A stretch of DNA of 64,000 nucleotides, from the NCBI GenBank assembly GCA_002269645.1, contig NIVC01000004.1, positions 310,001-374,000 on the forward strand. Direction: 5' to 3'. Positions 25,409 through 35,620 of the stretch are shown here, piece by piece (position 1 is the stretch's first letter; every line of letters starts with the position of its first letter). Source of the stretch: Macrostomum lignano. Taxonomy: Eukaryota. The translations under genes were made by a program, and so were the position numbers. Below the pieces are notes generated by a model. The model worked only from the letters and a program-made list of their open reading frames with translations, ran no database searches and was not told where the DNA came from.

Positions 25409-26883
25409 TTTTCCCTACCCGTATAAGGGCAACCTGACTGGGCAGACCGGTGATAGAAACTGGGCTGTTCCATCCATTCTGACTGGGCAGCCCGGCTGGA
25501 TTTCAAAGGATTTCAACGCTTGGCAACGAAACTGAACGAGCGGTTCCGCTTTGGGTTCTCGCTGTCCCACATGAGCCCGCTAATACTATGATTATTAAGT
25601 TGCGTTACAGAGGAAAATCCACTGGGTGGAGCACTTCATAGCATCTCCGAGAGCAAAGAAAATTCCATCTTGGATCCCTCTTTTCGAGTCGGGGATCTGA
25701 CCAACCATGAGATTGATTGAAGAAAACAGAGAAGGAAAGATGGGGCGATGCAGAAGACCCTGTGCAGTGCTGGGCAGAGGTGGGAAGCTGGAGGCTGAGT
25801 AAAAGCGAGTCTCTGTACAGTTTGCACTGATCTACTCAGGTTAGTCCACCTCTCTCTTTCTCTCCCCCCACTCTGTACACTGCATGCTCCTGCTTCAGCT
25901 CAGAGTGTACACTGAGAGAGCCTCTACTGAAAAGAGAATGAATACAAAAAGCGTCTCAGCGGGACGGGCAGGGAGAGGCAGCAAGATAATCTAATCTGAT
26001 TCGAGTGCTCAAACAGCCCTGTCAGTTGCTCGTGCTGCAACCAGTAAAGAAGGTATTGCCGGTAATGCTCAAGGCAACAACCTCCTTGCTTAGGTAAGTT
26101 AATTGTGCATGCACTAGCATGCACAGCGGAATACAGCCTTAGTTGCTTTACTGTGACAAGCACTGAAAAATACAAAAAACCGGCACAAACGTTCTGCCTA
26201 CCCTGGTCAACCCCAAGGATCAGATTTCGTTTCTTTACATTCAGAATTGCCTATGGGTACTTGGACCGCTGCTCAAAGCCTACTACCCGAAACTGCCTAT
26301 CCCGTATTGCCTGCAGATAGGAAAGTTAGAACGCTTTTCATTAACAATTACGATAGTTCGGGATATTGTCCCTGTGCTATCGGTGATAGTCAGTGTCTGA
26401 TATTGATATTAGTTCAGAACAGGTTTATAACTTTTATAGAAAAGGACCTCGATTTGCTCAGAACAGTGTTTCTACCAAGCATGCTCTTGCACGGCCAAAA
26501 ACCGACAGAAGAAAAGACACATGCTCAGAATTTGAGCAAAGTTTACAAACATTGTCTGGTATCTCCGCTGACTCACCTGCACAAACAATAGGCGCGAAAG
26601 CCAGCAGGTAAGGCCTGATTATGCCTAAGCCCGTGGCAGAATATGCTGCATTTCGAACAGATCCCCAAAAGCATTTTCTTCTCTTCAGGACAGAGTAAAC
26701 ATTGTTCCATCCTCGTTCTGAAAGGCAGATCGCAGGGATTTTATTGCTTGAATTCTCCAAAAAACGGGAATTTCTCCCAGAAAATCTCCGGTCTGCACCC
26801 TGCATTACAAAAATGGGTTGGAAATCAGTGCTGCCATTCATCCCCATCCAATGTTTTCAGGAGCATCCAAAAGGAACGAAAAA

Positions 26884-28044
26884 ATGCTACGGTTTTGCCG
26901 CCTCCACCGGATTCAATGTACAGCCGCAGTACTTCTGCTCACTTTGCTGAGTCTTCTTAGCTTCTTCTTCTGGAGCGAAACAGAAATTGCAGTTAACACT
27001 GCGGAATCAAACATCCAACTCCAACCACAACGCCATCTCAGGCCAGCCAGCCAAATCAAAGACCGACCTGCGGGACCACCCAGGATCTCCTTCGGCACGA
27101 AATACTTCGGCGACAACTCCGGCTGGGAGGATTACACGACCCGGTGGCAAGAAAATGGTCAGCGGTCTTGCGGATTTGACTGCGAAATCGTGCCCGACCC
27201 CGCCATTGCGGACGCCGTGCTGTTCCACGGCCGAGACCTTCCGTCGAAGCCCCCGAAACTGCAGCGAAAATACTGGCAGTACTGGGTGTACATGAACATG
27301 GAGTCACCTTTGTCTACAAAGTCGTACGGCTATGACGTTTCGTCAGCTCCCGCCTACAGATTCCTGTTCAACTGGACCGCCACCACCATGCTGGAGAGCT
27401 CGGTGCACATGCCCTACGGAATGTGGAGCCTACGCGACAAGCCGGTCGAGGGTCCGTTCTACTCGCCTCAGAAGAAGCGCTACATGGCGTACATCGCATT
27501 CTCGAACTGCAAGTACTCCTACAATGGGCGCGCCGAAAAGATTGCAGAGCTCAAACGCTACATCGATGTCCACGTGTATGGGAAATGCGGTGACAGGGCG
27601 CTCCCGAAGGACTGGAATGTGTGGCGAAAGATCTCAGAGGAGTACCGCTTCTACCTGAGCTTCGAGAACGCTTTTTGTCGCGACTACATCACGGAGAAGT
27701 TTCACAACAACGGGCTGGACTCGCAGGCAGTGCCAGTAGCCTTCGGCGGCCTGTCTCGCTCGGACTACGAGCGGGTGAGTCCTCCGGGCTCGTTCGTGTA
27801 TGCGCTGGACTTTCCGAGCATGCGGCAACTGGCCGAACACCTGAAGCAGCTGGCTGCTGATGAAGCGCAGTACGCCAGCTACCACGAGTGGAAGAAGCGC
27901 TATGAGATTTCGCCTCGGTCGGACCTGCTTTGCGGCACCTGCGCCCGGCTGCACAAGGACCGCTCGGTTGGCGTGTTCGACCTGAGCCGCTTCTACGACA
28001 TCAAACGCAACTGCCGCCCTTCCTACTACAAGTACCTAGTCTGA
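26884..28044 (+). CDS. Alpha-(1,3)-fucosyltransferase, glycosyltransferase family 10 (intronless, type II membrane protein, about 386 aa)
   Basis: ATG at 26884; TM AAVLLLTLLSLLSFFFW; ADAVLFH, WVYMNMESP, FNWTATT..S, AFSNC, VHVYGKCG; GT10 motif YRFYLSFENAFCRDYITEKF; PPGSFVYALDF. Confidence 0.93.
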   Translation: MLRFCRLHRIQCTAAVLLLTLLSLLSFFFWSETEIAVNTAESNIQLQPQRHLRPASQIKDRPAGPPRISFGTKYFGDNSGWEDYTTRWQENGQRSCGFDCEIVPDPAIADAVLFHGRDLPSKPPKLQRKYWQYWVYMNMESPLSTKSYGYDVSSAPAYRFLFNWTATTMLESSVHMPYGMWSLRDKPVEGPFYSPQKKRYMAYIAFSNCKYSYNGRAEKIAELKRYIDVHVYGKCGDRALPKDWNVWRKISEEYRFYLSFENAFCRDYITEKFHNNGLDSQAVPVAFGGLSRSDYERVSPPGSFVYALDFPSMRQLAEHLKQLAADEAQYASYHEWKKRYEISPRSDLLCGTCARLHKDRSVGVFDLSRFYDIKRNCRPSYYKYLV

Positions 28045-28942
28045 GATAACGAGTTTGCTTAAGGCAACGCTTTGTACTCTCGTTAATGCCCCGACTTCTA
28101 CTGCAATGCAATCCAATCAATGCAAATGCAATCCTGCAATCTTATGTAAGCTTTCCTAAGTTCAGAAAAGGAACCATTTTATTTGATTAGTGGTGGAAGC
28201 TTTGGATCAAGAGCTATCGCGTACCCAGATTTAAAATGATGCCTGGGTCAGGCAATCCTCTTCTGAAGCCGCATCCGCAGTCATTTATCCATTCGAGGTG
28301 CGGTTCTGGAATTCAGCTACGAGCTATTCACCAAACATAAAAAACTATTGTCCTGAATTCTTTTCAGTCATTTACACATTTAAATCAGGGCTGCTTGCTG
28401 TATGAGTTTTTCTGTTTCGCATCCTCAGAATCAGCGGTAGTTTTACATTCCGATCTGGGAGCAGTCAGTAACTTTTGACCGCTTAAAATTTGTTGAATTT
28501 TTATTGCGCAACATGATTGCATAGCACAGTTTTTTGCAGTTGTACTTTGTTTTACTAGTTTCGAAAGTGAGTTGTTGCACACAAGTGAATAAAATTTTTT
28601 ATAAAACAAGTGGTTTATCGCACTACAAGTGAGTGAAACCTTACGTTTCCAATTTAAAGGCAAAAAATTTTCCAGTATCGATATAGCGTAAATAAAACTT
28701 TCTGCTCTAAGCGTTTTACCCGACTGCGTTTGTATGAGCATCGTCGGGTATTTTTGAGCAACAAGGCAAACAAACCAGTGGATTGGCTCTCCAGCCAACA
28801 GCCGGGCTACACGCACTGGCTGAAGCTGCAGCAACCAAACGCACATTCTGGACTCCAACGAACTCAACACCAAGGATTCGTGCACTTGCGGGACAGTGCC
28901 GAACCACTGATATACAGGTACAGCCTTGCTGTAGGCTAGCGA

Positions 28943-29710
28943 TCCTTGGTCCGTGCCGAAGACCACTAGACTTGGCTGTATACTAGTAGTCCTTGGTCCG
29001 TGCCGAAGACCACTAGACTTGGCTATATACTAGTAGTCCTTGGTCCGTGCCAAAGACCACTAGACTTGGCTATATACTAGTAGTCCTTGGTCCGTGCCAA
29101 AGACCACTAGACTTGGCTGTATACTAGTAATCCTTGGTCCGTGCCGAAGACCACTAGACTTGGCTGTATACTAGTAGTCCTTGGTCCGTGCTGAAGACCA
29201 CTAGACTTGGCTATATACTAGTAGTCCTTGGTCCGTGCCGAAGACCACTAGACTTGGCTATATACTAGTAGTCCTTGGTCTGTGCCAAATACCACTAGAC
29301 TAGGCTATATACTAGTAGTCCTTGGTCCGTGCCAAAGACTACTAGACTTGGCTATATAGCTAGTAGTCCTTGGTCTGTGCCAAATACCACTAGACTTGGC
29401 TATATACTAGTAGTCCTTGGTCCGGGCCAAAGACTAATAGACTTGGCTGTATGTATACTAGTAGTCCTTGGTCCGTGCCAAAGACTACTAGACTTGGCTA
29501 TATACTAGTAGTCCTTGGTCCGGGCCAAAGACTAATAGACTTGGCTGTATGTATACTAGTAGTCCTTGGTCCGTGCCAAAGACTACTAGACTTGGCTATA
29601 TACTGATTCAAATACTATAAATTAGACTTGGCTATATACTAGTAGTCCTTGGTACGTGTCAAAAGACTATTAAGACTTGCTGTATGTCAGTGGTCCTTGG
29701 TCCGTGTCTT
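28943..29710. repeat. 47-bp satellite whose unit is a 39-bp mini inverted-repeat element plus an 8-bp spacer
   Basis: Unit CAAAGACCACTAGACTTGGCTATATACTAGTAGTCCTTG|GTCCGTGC, about 16 copies. Confidence 0.9.
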
Positions 29711-30278
29711 TTCCGCTTGTTCGCTCATATTGAGGCTTGAGGCCTGTATGTAAATTTATATATCTGACTTGCTTATAAGATAAATAGCGTGCAACACTGG
29801 AAAATATTGTAGTGCATAAAGATTGTAACAGTTAGCACTTCAATATTGAGAATTTTGTTCCTTTGTTAATTTTTAACCCACAAGAACGAAAATAAAATTA
29901 TTTTACTACATTAATATTATGACTGCTGCTAATACTGATATTATTACTGCAAAGGAGTGCAAAGGGCTTACAATCACAGCATTTAGTCGATGAAATTTGT
30001 GTCGTGGCCTGCAGCCGTTTCACTGGCAGTCTTCTCGCTGAAAATGGCATGTCTTAGCCTCATTAAGCCGAGTTTCTCCTTGGGCTGAGATGCAATCCTA
30101 GAGCAAATATGAAGGCAGCATAATGCGGTGTTTTTATCCAAGTTCAGCTGCGGAGTTTTCTGGAAAATTCAATTCTTGCTTGAGGCCTGCGAGGTCCTAA
30201 AATCTGAAGCCACTGAAGCCATTAAGCTATTACGATGTCAGACAGGCTTGGTACAGTCGATAATGTTCATTGGTTTAA

Positions 30279-31067
30279 AAAGGAGAGCTTCAACGGCGGC
30301 ACTTCGCCAGGTGTGGCAGCCTCGTGCCCGCCAGCATCGGGCTGACTGCCATCTGCATCTGCGTGTCGCTTTGCCAGCTGGTGTTCATGGTGACCGAGCT
30401 GGGGGTCATCAAGTCCAGAAAGTGGGCCCAGCAGCTCCAGGGGGAGCAGTCCATCCTGCCGTTCTATGCCGAGGTTCCGTCTCAAATGAATGAAGAAATC
30501 TGAGAAACTCGGTCGCTGTTTCTCATAGTTTATGGCGTTGGGACATTTGGCCTGTGTGTTGTGCACCTCATTCTGGCCTCCTACTGCTATCACTTCTTCA
30601 AGAAGCAGCGGGGTCTGGCTGTCACTGCTGATGCTGTCTCTTCTGAGGCTCAGGAGACACCTGGAGCTACGGCCGAGGCGGGTAAGCAGGCTAGCAGCGG
30701 TGAGGCGGAAAATGAGTCAGAAGACAAAAATACGCCAGCCAATCAGGAGGATGATGAGTCAGCGGACAAGACGACGCCAGCCAATCAGGAGGAGGATGAG
30801 TCAGCGGACAAGACGACGCCAGCCAATCAGGAGGATGATGAGTCAGCGGACAAGACGACGCCAGCCAATCAGGAGGAGGATGAGTCAGCGGACAAGACGA
30901 CGCCAGCCAATCAGGAGGATGATGAGTCAGCGGACAAGACGACGCCAGCCAATCAGGAGGATGATGAGTCAGCGGACAAGACGACGCCAGCCAATCAGGA
31001 GGAGGATGAGTCAGCGGACAAGACGACGCCAGTCAATCAGGAGGATGAGTCAAGCTACCCCAAATGA
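30279..31067 (+). pseudogene. Disrupted multi-TM membrane protein with acidic 14-aa repeat tail; probable paralog of 32612-33214
   Basis: One frame reads LQRRHFARCGSLVPASIGLTAICICVSLCQLVFMVTEL...QMNEEI*ETRSLFLIVYGVGTFGLCVVHLILASYCYHFF, with an in-frame TGA at 30501-30503. About 7.5 copies of QE[D/E]DESADKTTPAN (42 bp) follow. The 5' part is not in frame. Confidence 0.5.
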
Positions 31068-31612
31068 GCACAAGCAGTCTGTCGCTGACTTTTAAAAGCG
31101 AATTCGGCAATTTTTTATTTTACTAAAAATTTTACTAGAAACTAATGTCTTCAATTTTATTCAGCACATCTAGTAGCCACTATTGATAGCACAACGTTTT
31201 AGTCGCAAAACAAGCTTACATATTTTATAAATGCTAAAGGCTTTAAATAACTTTGTTTTGGATTAATTCTGAGCATTTTAGGAGAAAATCAAATTAAAAA
31301 CGCTTAAACCGCATGTTAATGGAAAGTACAGCTTAGCTACCAAAATTGTTCAATGCATAGCACTATTTCAAATTTTTCCTACGAGTTCGTAAATTCGAAG
31401 GTTATTAGAAATTTTCTATTTCTACCGTACAAATTGCTAATATTATCAATTAAGAATATTATCAACATTAGGAATTTTTAAAGCGAATATTTCAAGACCA
31501 CTGAATTATTCGATTTTACCTACGGTATCAGGTTTCAATAGTCCATGACCATGAAAGTGCTCAGAGTTGGTAGTCCCCAGAGTAGAGTAAAGCTTGCAGA
31601 GTCGAGAGTCAG

Positions 31613-32520
31613 GATCCCCAGAGTCAGGACCCCCAGAGTCAGGAGTCCCCAGAGTCAGGAGTCCCCAGAGTCAGGAGTCCCTCAGAGTCAGGAGTCCCCA
31701 GAGTCAGGAGTCCCCAGAGTCAGGAGTCCCCAGAGTCAGGAGTCCCTCAGAGTCAGGAGTCCCTCAGAGTCAGGAGTCCCCAGAGTCAGGAGTCCCCAGA
31801 GTCAGGAGTCCCCAGAGTCAGGAGTCCCCAGAGTCAGGAGTCCCCAGAGTCAGGAGTCCCCAGAGTCAGGAGTCCCCAGAGTCAGGAGTCCCCAGAGTCA
31901 GGAGTCCCCAGAGTCAGGAGTCCCCAGAGTCAGGAGTCCCCAGAGTCAGGAGTCCCCAGAGTCAGGAGTCCCCAGAGTCAAGAGTCGAGAGTTAGGAGTC
32001 CCCAGAGTCAGGAGTCCCTCAGAGTCAGGAGTCCCCAGAGTCAGGAGTCCCCAGAGTCAGGAGTCCCCAGAGTCAGGAGTCCCCAGAGTCAGGAGTCCCC
32101 AGAGTCAAGAGTCGAGAGTCAGGAGTCTCCAGAGTCAGGAGTCCCCAGAGTCAAGAGTCGAGAGTCAGGAGTCCCCAGAGTCAAGAGTCGAGAGTCAGGA
32201 GTCTCCAGAGTCAGGAGTCCCCAGAGTCAAGAGTCGAGAGTCAGGAGTCTCCAGAGTCAGGAGTCCCCAGAGTCAAGAGTCGAGAGTCAGGAGTCTCCAG
32301 AGTCAAGAGTCGAGAGTCAGGAGTCTCCAGAGTCAGGAGTCCCCAGAGTCAGGAGTCCCCAGAGTCAGGAGTCCCCAGAGTCAAGAGTCGAGAGTCAGGA
32401 GTCTCCAGAGTCAGGAGTCCCCAAAGTCAGGAGTCCCCAGAGTCAGGAGTCTTCAGAGTCAGGAGTCCCTCAGAATTAGGAGTCCCTCAGAGCTAGGAGT
32501 CCCTCAGAGTTAGGTGTCGA
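31613..32520. repeat. 16-bp minisatellite (AGAGTCAGGAGTCCCC)
   Basis: About 56 variant copies. Confidence 0.95.
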
Positions 32521-32611
32521 GAATCAGGAATAGCGAGAGTCAGGAGTCGAGTTGAGCACATGTCTTTCTCAAGCTGTTTTATTCATAAACATTTGCAGCA
32601 TCGGCAAGCCG

Positions 32612-33214
32612 ATGGCCCGAGCCACCAAGATACCGGTTGCCGCGGAGTCGTTGACCGGAGGATTCCTAGCTGCAATCGGGATTCTGGGCACCGGCGCCAT
32701 CCTGGTACTGCTGGTGCCCAAGGGAATCAGTGGAACCTCGCTGGGCCTGGTCTGCCTCTGCCTGGTGCTGGGAGTCTTCAGCACCGTCTGCGGCTGCCTG
32801 TCGTTCCCGCTGTGCCGCAGCGACTACGCCAGGCTGGGCTGGTACCCGCGGCTCACCCTGGCCAGCGGCCTCCTGGCCACCTGTTGCTTCTGCCTGTCCG
32901 GGGCTGGCATTGTGGCGGTCATGTTCGACTGGGTTCTGTGCGATCAGTCGATTCGCGAGCTGGGCAAGGACTGCGGCTTCCCCTTCATTCTGCTGGGCAG
33001 CTTTCTGCTGTTTGAGCTCGTCTTCAGCCTGGTGCACATGGCCGCGCAGCTGGCCGTGCTGTTCAGGATCGTCAAGCACTCGGCCTGCCCTGGTGAGGCG
33101 GGCGCCGGTCAGGAGGCCGACAAAGAGGAAGACGGCAAGGAAGATGACGGAGCGGACTTGGATCAAGATGAAGGCGAGGCTGATGAAGCGTGCAGCGAGG
33201 CCGGCTCGTCTTAG
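32612..33214 (+). CDS. Four-TM membrane protein (MS4A/tetraspan-like topology) with acidic C-terminus, about 200 aa
   Basis: Four hydrophobic segments (GFLAAIGILGTGAILVLLV; LGLVCLCLVLGVFSTVCGCL; LTLASGLLATCCFCLSGAGIVAVMF; FPFILLGSFLLFELVFSLVHMAAQLAVLF), GC3-rich codons and a D/E-rich tail. The family is not identified. Confidence 0.75.
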   Translation: MARATKIPVAAESLTGGFLAAIGILGTGAILVLLVPKGISGTSLGLVCLCLVLGVFSTVCGCLSFPLCRSDYARLGWYPRLTLASGLLATCCFCLSGAGIVAVMFDWVLCDQSIRELGKDCGFPFILLGSFLLFELVFSLVHMAAQLAVLFRIVKHSACPGEAGAGQEADKEEDGKEDDGADLDQDEGEADEACSEAGSS

Positions 33215-34861
33215 GAAATCTTAGCAGAGAAACACCTCTAGACCCTTGAAGATACTTTGTTTTTCGTATATTGAAAATCTGTCAATTTCCTGTTGCAATC
33301 GTCAGTGATATTTATCAAAAGCTGGCTTCTGTTTCACCTTTGCTTTTCTTCTTTCTGGTAGCGTTAAAACTTTTTGAGGAGGGAAAGAAGAGAGTTAGTC
33401 AAAAGGCCTCGTGTAGTGCATGTAGACAGTGCATGTAAACTACATGTAGTGCATTAGAAATGTAAGTGCAGCCAAGAGCCAACAGAAAGCTGAGGAAATT
33501 CATGCTTGACGTCAGAGTCAGGCATTGAGCCCGGCAGCGCGAGGGAAGATGTTGAAGCGTTTTGCGGGGGCAGCGACAACTCTTTACTCACTGAAGAGGC
33601 GGGTGATTAAACAAAGGATTAGGCCTTCTTTCATCTGAGATGCTGGGGTTTCAAGTCAGGCAAAAAATGTTTTGCCAATGCTTGACTGTCAATCGATGGA
33701 GTGGAAAATTTTGAAAAGCCAATAGCCTGGTCTCCATGGCTACCACGGCGGGAGAAGGAGAAGAGGGCGGGGCCAGAAACCAGAAGCTGTCGTATTGTTG
33801 GTTGAGTTGGTTGTGTTGACTGCATTGTTGGTTGAGAGGCATTATTTTCAGGAAATTTCTGCTTCTCTCAATCCCTCATAGTTTTGTGCAAGATGCAGGC
33901 AGACCTGCTCCTCGAACTGTGAGTGTCAGTCAAGTCTTCAGTCAGGCATCCCTGTAGTGTGTGTTGAAGTTACGGTTAGGCAAGATGAATTCAGAGCAAA
34001 ACACTTTTTTGTTGCGCTGACAGTTCTAGAAAAAAAAAAGAATCGAGCGATTTGTTTATATTTGCTTCATCTACGGAAATTCGGATCAGACGCCGAACTT
34101 ACAGAATTGAGTGATAAATAATTTTGAAAATAGCAGATTAGCAGAGGTTAGGAGAGTATATAAATATGAATTTTTGCCTGCGTAGAATATTTGCCCAGCG
34201 TCTTTAATGGAAAAAGCTTGAAAACATTGCATTGTCTCAAAGAGTTGAATTTTGGCTTCCAGCCTTTTGCTTTTAGCATTCATTTCCGCGCTTCTGTTCA
34301 ACCCGGAAAGTAAGCTTCAAGCCAGTGGCAGCCTCAACGCAGACGGAGAGCCAGAACAGTAAAAAACCAAAGAATAATTTTTTTAAAGTTTTGCCAAGGC
34401 GAGTACAGGTGGCGGCTTCACGATGCATTCACAAGAGAGCCTCCAGTCTTTGGCTTTCATACGCAAAGCAGCTGGTACTTTTTAGGAATGCATTGATGAT
34501 AGAAGGCTTTGAGTAAGGAAAAAGCAGTGGAAAAAGTTTATGCTTAATAAGTACGAGAGAAAAAATAATCAAAGATATTTCTGTCGTAGACAAAATATAA
34601 AATTCATGCGGTCCCGCACGCATGACCTTACCATTCCAAAATAAAGAAGCATTAAATATTTCCAACCATTAGCTGCTGGGATCCTATTGCTGAAAGAGGA
34701 AAGGTAGAACTTGCCACTTTTCTAATGCACCGCTACATTTTTTTGACCAAACACTCTCCCCAGCAGTTTAAAAATCATCCAAGCGTAATGTCTTTTATAA
34801 AAATGTTTAAGAACAGCGAAAAGTTCTTTCATGATTGACGAAAACTCCACCCCTTCCGCGT

Positions 34862-35620
34862 TTAGCCGAATGGGGACTGGCACTCGCACAGACCTTCGCT
34901 ATTGCTTGGCGACATGTCGGACAGCCGTTCCCTTCCGTTATAAGCAGCGAGCAAGCCTTGTCCTCCGGAGTCGTCATTGGGCTCGCCATCGCTCCAGAGG
35001 TTGCTGCTGACGGTGTTGACGGTGTTGTTGTTGCAGCCGACCCAGTACCAGCCGCCATCAGGCTCAGCGCTGCCGGGCGCCTGAAATCCTCCTAGCCACA
35101 GAGTGTTTCTGCTCCCATGGAGTGACCTCACGTGCTTTATGTGCTCCAATTCTTCCATGCTCATCACGTCCGCCATGATCACCAGACCGCTCTCCGACTC
35201 GCATGTCGATTTTATGTCATTCCACGAGCCGCTGACCACCTTGTACTTGACTCCGCAGAAGTCGTCTCCGTATCCGGACGGACACAGCCGTCCCGCCGGC
35301 AGTCCCGGCTGCTGCCTCACGAACACCCGGCCTCGTCTCGAGCAGCCGCAGTCCCTCACAGACTTGCTGCACTTGTTGAACTCGAACAGCTGGCACGGAC
35401 CGTCGGACAGGCTGTAGGCCTGGCACTGCGGTCTCAGGCCACACAGGATGGCGCAGTGCTCCACCGATGTAACTCCAGTGATGTTGCGGACGAAGTCGCT
35501 GTTGATGCACAGGGAGCCGTTGATGGGAGTGAATCTCAGGGAGCAGGCCTGGCTGCTCAGAGCAGAGCTCAGCAGTGATAAAAAGACGAAGCAAACCAGA
35601 AGGCTGCCAATTTCATACAT
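34862..35620 (-). CDS. Secreted PAN/apple + C-type lectin domain protein, copy L1 (252 aa)
   Basis: Signal peptide; CAILCGLRPQCQAFS-type apple motif (CQAYS in this copy); WNDIKSTCE, LWLGG, WYW, LWSDGEPND, LCEC. Confidence 0.88.
   Translation of the reverse strand: MYEIGSLLVCFVFLSLLSSALSSQACSLRFTPINGSLCINSDFVRNITGVTSVEHCAILCGLRPQCQAYSLSDGPCQLFEFNKCSKSVRDCGCSRRGRVFVRQQPGLPAGRLCPSGYGDDFCGVKYKVVSGSWNDIKSTCESESGLVIMADVMSMEELEHIKHVRSLHGSRNTLWLGGFQAPGSAEPDGGWYWVGCNNNTVNTVSSNLWSDGEPNDDSGGQGLLAAYNGRERLSDMSPSNSEGLCECQSPFG

Noticed and set aside
24531-25535. Poly-SQSV ORFs in three frames
   Set aside because: A (TCAG)n tract has no stop codons on the plus strand.
28943-29710. CRISPR-like appearance (palindromic repeat plus spacer)
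   Set aside because: Spacers are constant and only 8 bp, there are no cas genes, and the context is eukaryotic. The 44-bp and 49-bp arrays also lack unique spacers.
30501-30503. Selenocysteine codon
   Set aside because: No convincing SECIS seen after 31067, no redox motif, and the 5' part of the gene is also out of frame.
31545-32513. 322-aa SPQSQESPESGVPRVR ORF
   Set aside because: Translation of the 16-bp minisatellite cycling through frames.
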